From Laetmonice hystrix (taxonomy: Eukaryota), in NCBI GenBank assembly GCA_965235115.1, contig OZ249440.1, positions 7,440,001-7,504,000 on the forward strand: 64,000 nucleotides of DNA, read 5' to 3'. Under the pieces are notes generated by a model. It was given only the letters and a program-made list of their open reading frames with translations. It had not been told where the DNA came from and ran no database searches. Shown here one piece after another: positions 25,774-38,119 of the stretch. A program made the translations under genes and the position numbers. Every line of letters begins with the position of its first letter. The first letter of the stretch is position 1.

Positions 25774-26340
25774 TCACCAATTTGATGGAGACAGGGCATT
25801 CAAATCTCTGAATGACATCTTTCTCTTTCCATCACCACCTTCGACCATTGCTTTTGCTGCATCGGTGATTCCCAACCCACCGGACGAACCTGGTGCTGAG
25901 AGCCCCCCTGCAGTGGCGCCACCTAGTCCGATTGACGCAGACGGCTGATCCTCGCCCGTTTCATTGATTGTTTCTGTACTTGGCATGAAGCGTTTGCTGC
26001 TCAGCCAGTTGAGCAGCATTGAGTTCGGGGCACCACCACTAGCCTGGTTCTGGAGGTTCTCCAGTTCCTTGGTGCTCACCGCCCCCACCGATCTCCTCCT
26101 GTTGGTGGGCAATACTGGAGGAGCCTCCATGATGTCATCTGACACGGAGGACGCCGCGGCGGTCGGCGCCTCGGCAGGTGGATTGTAAGTGTCTGTTTCA
26201 TCAGTGAATGTTTTACTGGTCAAACCTCCGAACCCGAACCCAGAGAACCACGTGTTCCGCCGGCCTGCTTTGTAGCCAGCCCCATCTGCTGGTTTCAGAG
26301 AGTCATCCATCCCGGGAGGCTTCAGGAGATTGTCGGACAT
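25774..26340 (-). CDS. KIAA1191/p33MONOX-like protein, paralog B (188 aa, single coding exon)
   Basis: Open ORF with ATG preceded by an in-frame stop; splice acceptor TTTTTGCAG immediately before 26398. Motifs RRNTWF, RRRSVG..TKELENLQNQ and C-terminal RDLNALSPSNW, compared with recalled human p33MONOX ..RDLNVLTPTGF. Confidence 0.6.
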   Translation of the reverse strand: MSDNLLKPPGMDDSLKPADGAGYKAGRRNTWFSGFGFGGLTSKTFTDETDTYNPPAEAPTAAASSVSDDIMEAPPVLPTNRRRSVGAVSTKELENLQNQASGGAPNSMLLNWLSSKRFMPSTETINETGEDQPSASIGLGGATAGGLSAPGSSGGLGITDAAKAMVEGGDGKRKMSFRDLNALSPSNW

Positions 26341-27720
26341 TCAAAACTGTGCCCTCACGACACACAGATCATCGTCGGAGAGCCCTCAAATGATAAACCT
26401 GCAAAAATAGAAAAGGACATCAGAATATGTTCATGTGGTGTTTATCTTTTTATTTTATCTTGAAAACCGCCATAATTCGATTTCATGGCGGGCTTCATAT
26501 CATGTTACAGTGAGTTAATAAATGTTTGCTCATGTTGACTGACGCCGATGACAGTTTGACCCATTGAAATTTGACATTGGCCCACTGAAATGTGGAGATG
26601 ACCCATCAAATAAGTGTCCTATGGGTCATTGACCCATTGAGGCTTTATTCAAAAATTATCCCTGATAATGGTTAAAAAAATAGAATCATTGATGGGGTTT
26701 ATTCTGTTTTATACCCAACAGGATTTTATTTATGAATTATCTGCTCTCACATCACGCTATATTGGGTCTTTCCTACAATGCTACAAAAAATCTTTTCATC
26801 TGATAGGTTATTTTGATTATTTCAGCACAAAGCCCGACATATTATTTCAAATTGCGTTCTTGCCCTATCTTCAATCAATTGTCACTTAGCAACAATGAAT
26901 CTTTTAGATCACTCAATAAAGTCGAACCCTTTCGCAAATGATACGATGTTGAACCAAGAGCTGAAGAACTGGGACTGATGTTGATGACCCCCACGAACCC
27001 CACAAAGTTAGATCATTGATGGCCTGCTCCTATTTACAGCATCATTCATGTGTTTCATCAACCAAAGGGCACTCCTGTTATCACAACCAACAAAAATATC
27101 ATAATAGGGCTGTATGACGTTATCAGAGGGTTTTTTATGGACACATCCCTGCTACTGTTCACCACATAAATGGTATCCATTACAATGATTACAAAAACAA
27201 AGACCACAACTCAATTTTCTCTATCGAGTTTCTCTGAGATATCGTATTAGTAAAGAAACTTTGCAGATTGCCTCAATTCAAAAACGCCAAATGTTAGAAG
27301 TCTTATTAAACGTCCCAATGATCAGAATCAAGGTAATTAAAATGACCACGCTAATTAAAGGACAAAGATGCACTGATCAAGCCAGTGTTTGAAGAGACCT
27401 TTCGCCGCAATGACAGACTGAACTGAGGACAGCAGACACTCCTACAAACACGAGTGCGACCAAGGGTGAGGAGTTCTCAGACAACAAGAAAGTGCACCAA
27501 CTCGACCCAGACGTCAACAACGCCGGCCCGTTATACCACTGCCAACTAACGTTATAATGAAAGGCACTGGGCTGGTTGCCATGGCAAATCACACCTCAAC
27601 GGGCAGCAACTGAACAAGGTGTGATAGTGCTCAGTACTGACGAACACCAGCAACTGCTTCGTGCAGGGTTCCGTTTAGTGCAACGTTTGTAAAAGTCATG
27701 CTGGTTTTCTCTCTGTTGTG

Positions 27721-27728
27721 TTTATATA
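27721..27728 (-). promoter_or_regulatory. Candidate TATA box (TATATAAA) about 1.3 kb upstream of the paralog B exon
   Basis: Motif and orientation only; no clear donor site found downstream. Confidence 0.25.
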
Positions 27729-30700
27729 CAAGTCTGAATAGCATTCGCGTTTACAGCACATGTTAAAAAAATCATATACTATAAATAGTATCAAACCAGC
27801 AGGAGTTGCAGGACGGTAAGGACGTGACAAATGACGGAAGGAGGCGGGGCTAAGGTAACAAGGGCATCTTTCAGGGCGTCATTTTATAAAGGGCACCTAT
27901 GCTTGCAAAAGAAAGGCACTTTTTCAGGAAATATTGGACAGGGGAATCTGCCCGTCTTGCCCCCCGGGGATCTGTTGCCCCCCAAAGTTGTGATTATTTT
28001 TTCTAAATACTCTACCCGCGGTCCCCCCACCCCACCCCAAGTCCTTCAACTCCCCCCCCCCCCCACACACACACCCAAACACACAAAAGGTGAACCTCCA
28101 GAAACCCTTGCATACGTCATTGATTTCGGACGGAGAAGTATATAAATCAAATGGCAAATGCAACTACAATTTACCGCATTTGAACTCGAGCCTAATCCTA
28201 TTAACACAATAAGTAATCAGAGTAGAACATCAGAGAGGGTTCACCACTTGGGTCACTCAATGATGCCCTTGGAGAGCTACAACAAAGTCACCTTAATCTG
28301 TCTCATTTCCCGAAAAATAAATTTGATTTATAAGAAAGTGTTTTTGGTAGTTTCCACGCCAGGGAAGCCAAGAGTACCGATATGTAAATGGTAATGAATT
28401 GATGTTTGCTTTCCCTTGGATGATTGCCAATACATGAGCACTGAAGTATTTCATCTGAATCAAGTTTGAACATGGATGAACCTACAGAAATGGTAGTCAC
28501 ATTACCTGGTTCTATTCATCCAACGGGAAACTATAGTTGACCTCCCAGTAGGTCTACCTGCAGCTATTTATATGCAGGTCTAAGAAAAGTACTTTTAAAA
28601 TACGTTATCTCACGGCGAGAACTTTGTTGTTGGTTCCTGTACTTCTCTATCTGGTCTTATCGGTTAACAATATGACTACTGATAGCCTCTTCATCAAACT
28701 TCTACATCACTGAAGTGCTAGCATCTGCTTGCCGCACTCAGGTTCTCACTCACCATTTGTTCGCTATATATTTCTGCCCATATTAGGACATAATACCTTT
28801 TCATACACAGGAAATCAAGACAAGGATTCCCATCTCAAGTCTTATCGCCTTCCCAAGAATTATAAGGCCTAGGGCCTAACACGGAATGACATAACCAGGG
28901 CATATGATCTCATTCTGAATTATAAAAAGGCATTTAGACTCTATATTTTTGGCAACCTTTGGATACGCCCTATAAACTCCCTTCTAGAAATAACCCCTCA
29001 GTTCTCAGTGAAGGCCTTATGTATATGCAAAAGGCAACCCGACAGGTATTCATGGTAAATCTGTGCGTTTACAAACCTGTACCAAACCATGAAACAGTCA
29101 CGGAATATCTCCGGTTAAGTCTGAATGGCTTCATACTGTTTACACCAAAAGGACACCAACCCTCAAAGGTGCCCTTGAGCTCTGTAGACCTATAATATAG
29201 CTACACGTATACTACCCTGAAGGCAGGTGAGCCAGGATGCAGTCTAGGTGTGCTACATTACCTACAACACATGTAGCTCTCGAGCAGATGGGCTACATGA
29301 GGCAGGGGTGGCTTTTATTTCAGGGGTAAGCAGGCCTTCCAGGCATGTTTACCGGGTAGGAATATTGTTTACTACAGTCAGTCAGGGTCAATAATCAAGG
29401 CTGCAGAGCTTCAGGCATCTGCAAGAAAGTTTTAGGCCTACTTTTTAATCAGATAGAGATCGGGACTGTACGAAATAATGCTGATGCAGGCCTGTATATC
29501 TGTCCTACATAATATGGCCAATGTCATACATTGATAGTATTTAGCTTCATATCAATATGAAACTGAGGGACCTGTGTTTGTAGGTCGAAACCTTATCGTC
29601 ATAATCAGTGCCCGGGTTTTGGACCCAAGAGTCACGCTGACATTGTGTGAAGGTCATTTCAGGACAAACGCCACATATTGTGCGCCGGGTAGTCCTACTC
29701 GCCTACCTCTGTGGCGCAATGGCAGGTAGCACCTACAACCAGAGAGACTGAATGGATTGAGGCCAGTAGGCTGCCGTCCTATAATAACGACCACTCATCT
29801 CGTCCGACTGACGGCCAGAGGAAGGCACCGTCCCGATCAATTGAATCGAAAAACAGGGACCTATGCCAACAAGGTGCAAGATGGATCAAATCTAATATAT
29901 TCTGTCAATTATAATGCTGCTTACAGGACCTTTTATTTAAAGTCGTAGCACGTTAACGTTTCGATACTTGTCTACCCTTTGTTCAACCATAATGCAGGCC
30001 ATTAGAGCATTCCCTAAGAAGAAATAAACACTATGGCTTAAACACATTCATATTAAAGTTTCGTAGCTATAGGTCGGACATAATTTTCCTAGAGATATCC
30101 ACCCTGGGGATTCATATCTTTAATAATATGGAACAACCCCTTAAAAAATATGGTCCTCACACTCGGGGAGACGGAAGACCCCTCAGCACAGGCTGTATGC
30201 GAGGATGCTGTGTACCTCGCCAGTGTCAGCGTGAGCAGCCACACAGACCCACGACCCTGTCCGTCCGCTCACCCGACCATCAACACCCCCAGTAAAACCG
30301 TCTCCTCGCTCTAGGATGACACGTGGATGGCGCCTTTCTTTCACCATATGATGCGGTAATTATACCTGATGAACCTACCGTATCTGTCCGTCGACTCTGT
30401 CCGCCTTTGCTGAGTGGTATACCCCGTTTAGATCGACAAGTCTGCCCCAGATGCACACACACACTATCCCAGTAGCTCGCCTCTCACTATACGGAACTGT
30501 CTGGCCCCCGACCGTGGTCCGCCGCCGCCGCTCCGAGCCTCCTGTCGGCAGCCTACCCGTCTTAATTTATGCCTCAGCCATGCACCGTCACACAGTCAGC
30601 TGACTCGCCATCATAATACATGCGACCTTTATACGTACGCGCCTTCCTTTGAACAAGCGCATTGAATCGGAAAACGCCTTCCTGTATCAAAGCAAGCCTA

Positions 30701-32066
30701 CAGGCCTAATTAGTGTTCTTGGGAATAGACCTACTCAAGTTTATAGGCACATTTATTAAATTGGTAATTTTCCAAAGAAATTTCGATCTTATCTTCTATA
30801 AAATTAAATTAAATTAAAATTTAAAATTTTAGGCGTTTTTGCTTATTCCAAGATAGGCTACTATGCGTGTCCTTGAGCAGGGGTGCTCTCCAGCGAAAAC
30901 TGATAAGAAAATAAAACTTCTGTAGGCCCGAGACAGATAGGCCTAGGCCCTATAGGCTTTATAGGCATAGGGCCTATGCTACTTCTTACTCTTCGTATAC
31001 GAAAAAGTGAACCGATCTGTCCGTTTAGGGGGCGGGGGTAGCGGACCCCAAATCAAACGGCATAGACCTAGTTCTCATAGATGTAGGCATAGTCGGGGCC
31101 TATATGCCAATAAATAAAACCCTGCCACGTAGGCAATATGCCGTGGGTTCCTGACGTATGTATACACCCCCGAGATCTCCAGGCCGATTTCGTGGCGCAG
31201 CGCCCCGGGCCGGGCGACCCGTGGCGCCACCTATAGGACGGTAGGAGATCTGCGTGGAGGCCTGCTACGATTTGCAAGTTTGGTTGGACTGGTTGACTGG
31301 TTTCAGCGAGCCACCAATCAATTGCTTGCATCATTGAATCTGAACACCAATTTGTCGCCCAGATTCGCAGGTGACGTAGGCCTACATTTACAAATATGAT
31401 CGTATAAACAGGCGACAACATACCACTCGGGCCATACTGTCGTATTGAGGGGAAACAACAGGTGGCGCCACTTACGGTGTAGTGTGACGTACTAGTCTGC
31501 CACCTGTCGGCTTCGTGGGAGCTGTATGACACTATCACAACGGGACAGACCATATACTGATAGGCTAGGCCTGGGACCGTACCTCGCGGAGGGGAGGGCA
31601 TGGGGCAGCTGGCTGCCACGTGCACGCCATTAATTCCGTAAAAATTGTTTTTGTTCAGCATAACTACAAAAATGTATACCCTTCGTCAAACCGCCATTCA
31701 TACTAATATATTCAACTCCATCCACAAACAAGCCACAAACAGAAATCAAAGTGAATTCATTTCGACGTAGTAGTCCATTTATTGAACAGTCCTGTAGAAG
31801 CGGAGAACAAAAGGTTACCATCTCACTTGGGCTACACCCCGTCCCTTCTCCTCACTCGGGACAACTTCAACTTATAGGCGATGTTTCTTGTGACGTATGT
31901 TGTTTCAGGATGTGACAATAGTAACAGGACGAGGGTCCAGTATGTACAAGTATGTGCACTCGGCGCTGGCAGGTCCGACTACAAACTACGGGGACCTGGG
32001 TTGATTCTAGTAAACACAAAGTGCAGCTCCCTCTACCGTTAGCCTGGCGAACGATGCCCACTCACG

Positions 32067-32500
32067 CAGGGTGCCCAGTGGGTTGCCAAAAGAATGTGGG
32101 ATCCCCCCCCCCCCCATATGGGATTTTAAAAATGGTTTAAATCATATACGATACCTAATATACTACTTTATTTAATGTAGTATATACATAATACATAGTA
32201 TACTACTTTATTTAAAGTTAAATTAACTCTGGGTGCTCAAGACTATATAAGGACACTTGGATTGCTAATCCTCGCATATTCTAAGAATCTGAAAGGAAGT
32301 GTTGCTCCGGACACAAGGGGTGCAAACGTTAAATCCTTTCAGCATTCTGACATTTATTATGACAATTCTTTTTATATTCTTTCTTTGCAAATGCCACCTT
32401 ATCAATTGTCCAAAAACGGTTGTCTCAAAATGTGGTAATTTTTTAAAAATGTGGACAGAATTTTCAAAATGTGGGAAATGTGGGACCACTGGGCACCCTG
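32067..32500. mobile_element. CAG-terminal MITE
   Basis: Perfect 15-bp TIR CAGGGTGCCCAGTGG / CCACTGGGCACCCTG; flanks CTCACG / CTCACT. Confidence 0.8.
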
Positions 32501-35500
32501 CTCACTGAGATCTCTATTTATTGTTATCGCCTTGTCATTAATACCCAGAAATGTTGAAAAAGCAAGTCGTCAGAGGACAAACCCTCATGGACTACCAGCT
32601 CTTCTTGTTAAGCACAGGTCTTTTATCTAGTTCCATGAACTGATTAAGAGAGTTCACCATTCACAGAGCGTCTAAAAGGCCATATACACTGGTCCGTCTG
32701 ATCGGTCGATTTCGGTATGGCTTACCATACTGAACAAAAATGAAACATGCAGAAGGGTGCATATTCCAGGATGTCCTGTCACCACAGTTTAAAAAAAAAA
32801 AACCTCCGAGTCGCTGGTTTGATGTATAAATAAATAATGTATCATATGTCACTGTTATATTCGAATATCTAGAATAAAGTATTTAACAAATTTTATGGTA
32901 CGGCCAATAATACCCGTACAAGGCCAAAATCGGCCGGACGTGTGGACCAGTGTATATGGCTTCCATTTGGTTACATGTTCATAATAATTTACCAATGGGT
33001 AGAGAGATCTCCAAATCATTACACACTTTTACATAAAGCTTCACCTTTTTTTTGCCTTGAGACATTAAATCCTGAAAAGACGAACCAAAGGAAGCACTAT
33101 TTGTCACTATGTTTGAACTATTCAATGATAAAGATGCGCTAAATTACATCTGTGGTTTATTTGTTCTTGTGAGGCACCCGTCTGTCCTTATGTTGCTTTA
33201 GTTACTCAGTACTGTAACGTGAATGTCGACTGAATACAATACATACCGTCATCTGAACAAGTAGCAGAGATTTCGACCTTTGTGTTCATTGTACCATAGC
33301 AGAGATCATCATCACCTGAACTGTGATTTCATATTATGTGCAGGTGGCAAATACGGGTGCGTCACGCCCTCTACTGGCCGAAACAGGAGTACATGAACAC
33401 CGGTCACGTGACTTACCTCTGCCACGTGTCGAACTACTTATACAGTTTGAGTGACAGTTGTATAATAAGGGCGGGGGGGGGGGGGGGGGCAACGCGGTCC
33501 AATTTCCTGGATTTCTCTCTGGAACCTAAATACTTTTCTCTAATAATCAGTCATATTTTTGAGGACCTGTAAATACATACATCTACGGCTAAATAAAATT
33601 GGTCGTTTCTATCTTACATCTGTAGCCAGACATCACCGGTCAGCCTTGAAACCTTCTTAACGCCTTAGAATCACAATCTATGAATACATATATTTACAAG
33701 AGAACAAGGCTAACTGGGTGTTCATACAGTTGACGATGTAATAATATTAGCAGTCAAACAGTGTTCTATAATTATACATGTACATGTGTATATCATAATG
33801 TCTAGTATGTACAAACTACAACAAGAGATAAATACCTAGATTTAGTGTCTGGTCACAATCCAGTGGGTGAAACCGGCCTCTGACGGGAGAAATGCACACT
33901 AGTGGTTTATCTCTACGGGACGCTGGTCTGAAGAACCCGGTAACAGTAGCGTCTACAGTACGTAGCGTCCATAGATTAAACAATTTGCCTTGCATAATGT
34001 CTTTAACCTGTGCAACAGGTGACCTTACAGGTCTATATGGCGATTTGAAGATTGAAAAAAGAAATAATTATCTTATGTAAACATTTTAACGTCACACCGT
34101 TCAAAAAGAAATCAGTTGGAGTAGACATACTTTGCAAATAATTTCTGCGTAGCACTGTTGGTGTAGCAGGCCACAAAGGAATCAACAGCGGAATGATCCT
34201 CATTTAAAGAATAGCAATATCACATACTTTAAGATGAATGAAAAGGCATCACAATTCTGCGACAGAGTAGAAGTCAAACTAACGAAGGAAAGCAATCGTT
34301 TCCTTGGCCACCTTAGATAACATAATGCCCTTCAGGTTATCAGGACGACATTCTATACATCGGATGTCGGAAACTTAACGGCAATGACGACATAATGTAC
34401 CACCAATATCACTCAGTATCACACAAATAGAGAATGAATGACAACTTGTCAAGACAATGCGTTATCCTCTCCAGACCTCTTACAATTATTCTGTCATGGC
34501 AGCTATATATCTAGGTGGAACTTCTTTTTTATACAACTGCAGCAGGTAAATGACGACAGTTAGCAATTAGCGACAGCCTAAACGCTGCATATCAACTTGG
34601 CTGATTTGTATTCCTCTTCTCTTCACTGGAGAGGATGACTCAAAAGAGCAGCCGTAATGTAAAAGTGTTTTTTTAATTATGGAACGAGTTCTACAGGCAG
34701 CAGCCGTATCAACTTTCCTTAAAACAACAAACAACGTCAATATAGCAAATCAAGGAGCCAGATCATCATCTAGAACTTATCACCGGTTTGAAAATCGGAT
34801 GTAGCAATTTTTCAGTTCCCAGTAATGGGGTCCTGGGTATGGCTGGTTCATTAGGAATGCTGAGCTCTCACATTGTTAGAAAAACCGATTGTTTTTGACA
34901 ACTGGTTTAATTAAAATTGCACACTTACTGAAGGACCGACTTAAAGGTAAGCAAATGATGGCAATTACATATTTTGATTTGATAAACAATCACTGAACAG
35001 AATATATTTACATCAATGGCGCACTTACTCCACCTAACATGATAGTACAATTTGTTCAGTGATTTTTATGACAGTTCACCCAGTCCTGGGATCAGGAGAA
35101 CATCACATGATATCTTCTTTAACTTTTTGAAAGCATCCTAGTATGTACACATGCATCATTAGGGCTTCAGTTCTTGCAGACCAAGTTTAAACTTGCAACC
35201 TCTTGGTATCTTACCTTTCTATTTCACACGTAAGTAACTCTCACTCTGCATTATACTCATTCAGCAGATACTGAATATGCTAATGTAGCCATTTTCATTA
35301 AAGAATGTATCTTCAGACCTACTCCAACTCCCATAAGTATAATGACAGACATAACCACATCATAACTTACGTAATCTGTATCAAAGAAAAGAAAAGTCGT
35401 GGGATATCAGTTCTAAAGATGGTTGTAATGGTGCCAAAGATATGTATTATTTTAAAAAAATATAAAGTACCAGGTATTTTGTTGTACAATGTATTTTATT

Positions 35501-36494
35501 TGATGTTTATAACCCAATCTGAACCAAAGCCACCTTCCCAACATGTTTAAAAAATTACTTGTGTAAACACCACATTATGAGATTAACTGGTTCTAATGGA
35601 AATTCTTACAGTGGCAGATGATAAAATTCTGTTAAGAAGTAGAGTTCATACACTAAATATTTAGTGATGGCAATAACAGGAGCTATTGATAACCTTAACT
35701 TGGTTATGCAAATGGCCAAAATTTAAGCCCATTTTAATTGTTTTTACTCATTATTTACACTACCAGTATATTTCAGTAGTCTACTACTGCACTCCCAATG
35801 TAACATTTTTTGTACTTAACTCTGAATACTGAGTTTGCACTTTTACCTTATTACTTACTTACCCCGGTATTTAGTTTCCAAAATCCGTTTATACTGCCAC
35901 TCTAGGCAGTCACAGAAATCGTTTGGATCTTCTTTTTTTGAGGGGGGAGGGATGGGCATTAAATAAATTTGTGATATTTCATTATTTTGAACAGCTTTCA
36001 ATTCAACTGAAGGTATAAAGTGAAAAGCTAACATTATTTGTCTTGCATTATGTATAGTTTTTCTTCAATGTTGTATGTGTACTGACCATTCTCCCGTCCT
36101 ACTAGAATTGGTGTCATGTTCCTTAGGCTTTTAAGTTACCAGGCAACAACCTACTTTTAGAGGTTCTCTCACTCTCTCAGATACCTTAAAGGAACACTCT
36201 TCTCCTGCTTATTGAGTTATCAGATGTTAACTTGATAGTACTAGAGCCCGTCTATACCATATTCATATTTTTAGGCTGCACTTGTAATTAATGATTATTA
36301 ATCAAAAACGGGACTTAGTAGTTGATAGTCTTTTCGCCATCTTGCAAAAAGGACACATGCTGACGCCTTGCGGAAATCTACAGCACTATAGCTGCCACCT
36401 GGCAAAATGCTGGTAGTGACGTCATGAAGGGACAACAACTTTGGTAGGCCTAGGCCTACAGCGTAGACTGAAGGCGTAGACAAGCTAAACTTAC

Positions 36495-36600
36495 CGCGAG
36501 TTTGGCCCACAACAAGGAGTATTCCAGGACTTTGTGCGGCAGTGGGGTTGTAACAACCGAAACTGGGTTAAGAATTTGGATCAACAAAGGAGCTTTCATG
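36495..36600 (-). other. Candidate non-coding first exon of paralog B
   Basis: Strong donor CG|GTAAGT at 36494; perfect CRE TGACGTCA (36417-36424) and AGGCCTAGGCCT (36446-36457) just inside the putative intron. The upstream boundary is a guess. Confidence 0.35.
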
Positions 36601-38119
36601 CTTTCCCCTCTAAAATAAAACCTGTAACTTAGGCTGTATAATTCTGAAGAGGTGGGTGCACAACATGCGTCGAGGTAGGCCTAAGGCTAAGGCTAAGCTA
36701 AAGTAAAGTGGATTTGTTCCAATGTTCAGCGATCCACCTGCTGTGCTCAGACTATTCTACCCGCATAGTGTGAATGTCTCGATTTTTTTCTGTGACTAAC
36801 TAAACTTGTCAGTCTTAAACTTCTACCTAACTGATTAGGCCTAGACTTCGTTTCTGCTGTGACGAGAGTAGAGTCGAGTCGAGATTGCAGTCTAGAGTGA
36901 CTAGTCTAGGCCCCGTAGATCTAATCTCATTCTAGTATTTCTACTGTCCAGTCACCAGTGCAGTGGCAGTGATTAGTAAATTGGCTGAAGGAGGGGGCAA
37001 ACGACCCAATATACCATTTGAAAATTCTGAGGGGGGGGGGGAAGTATTTACCAAAGACCGGTTTTCCGAGAGCGAGACAACCCGTGGGCGTGACCGGCCT
37101 GTACCAGGCCTACTGTAGCAAGCCGCCCCCGCCAACTCCGTCGCCAAGCTGCACGCCGGGCTCAGGCACTGAGTGAGCCGAGGACAGACACCCATGCCAT
37201 TGGGGGGGGGGGGGGGGGTGATCCAGGATTTTGCATAAAAAAATAATTTTGCAAGGGGGGGGGGGCTTGACCTAGCTAGGTGCGCCGTAGTCTGACATAG
37301 ACACACTGCAAAATGATAACCCTCAGCCTGGACTGGCTGGAGTCAGCCGGGGGTGGGGGGCTTAGGGCCTACTACTAGTAGTAGCCTACTGCTACTGCTA
37401 CCCCCCCCCCCCTCAGAAATTTCTAGATACGGCCCTACATACGTGTAGGGCCTACCTCCATAGCTTGGAAACCGGCTAGGGCATATTTTCGGCCTACTTC
37501 CTTAGGCTAATGCTATGGGTATGGCTATGTCTATGGTCGATGGATGTATCTGGGGGAGGGGGAGGGGGTTCCGAGGGTTCTGACGAACCCCTCTCACTTT
37601 TGCGGGCCACTATTAAAATAAATACACTATAGAACTAGATATCATTGCCGAAACTTATTTACAGGTCCCTATTTAAACTATCAGGTCGCTACATGAGCAG
37701 ACCGCCTACTTGTCAACACTTGTTTAACGAGGGCCGAGGCATATCCAGGGCTGAGTGAGTCCCTTCGTGACGTAGTCAAAGATGTAGCCAAGTCATTGCT
37801 ATTATTGCCGCAAGAGGGCGCGCGGTGCGCCAATGGCGGCGACTATGAATCTGCATTAAAGTTCTTTTTGACAATATAATATAAACTGTTTGATGTTAAA
37901 AAAATAACATGGGTTGTAGAATTATGCCTTCTTCAATTCTAAATATGATTTAGCTCGAGAAAAGCATTCCTTTAACTTTAAGCTCAAGACTCCCTAGTCT
38001 TGTCTCCCTGGGCATGGCCAATAGATAACATTGCAGTGTAACAGTCACCGTTCCCCTCCCACCCTGCACCTAGTGTGTTCTGACGGCCACCATTTCAAAC
38101 ACACTAAGTAAAGCCGATA

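Noticed and set aside
29700-29745. tRNA-like A box (TGGCGCAATGG)
   Set aside because: No B box and no cloverleaf; at most a decayed SINE head.
31068-31661. 197-aa minus-strand ORF
   Set aside because: Non-ATG start, no recognisable motif and no supporting splice structure; lies in repeat-rich intron DNA.
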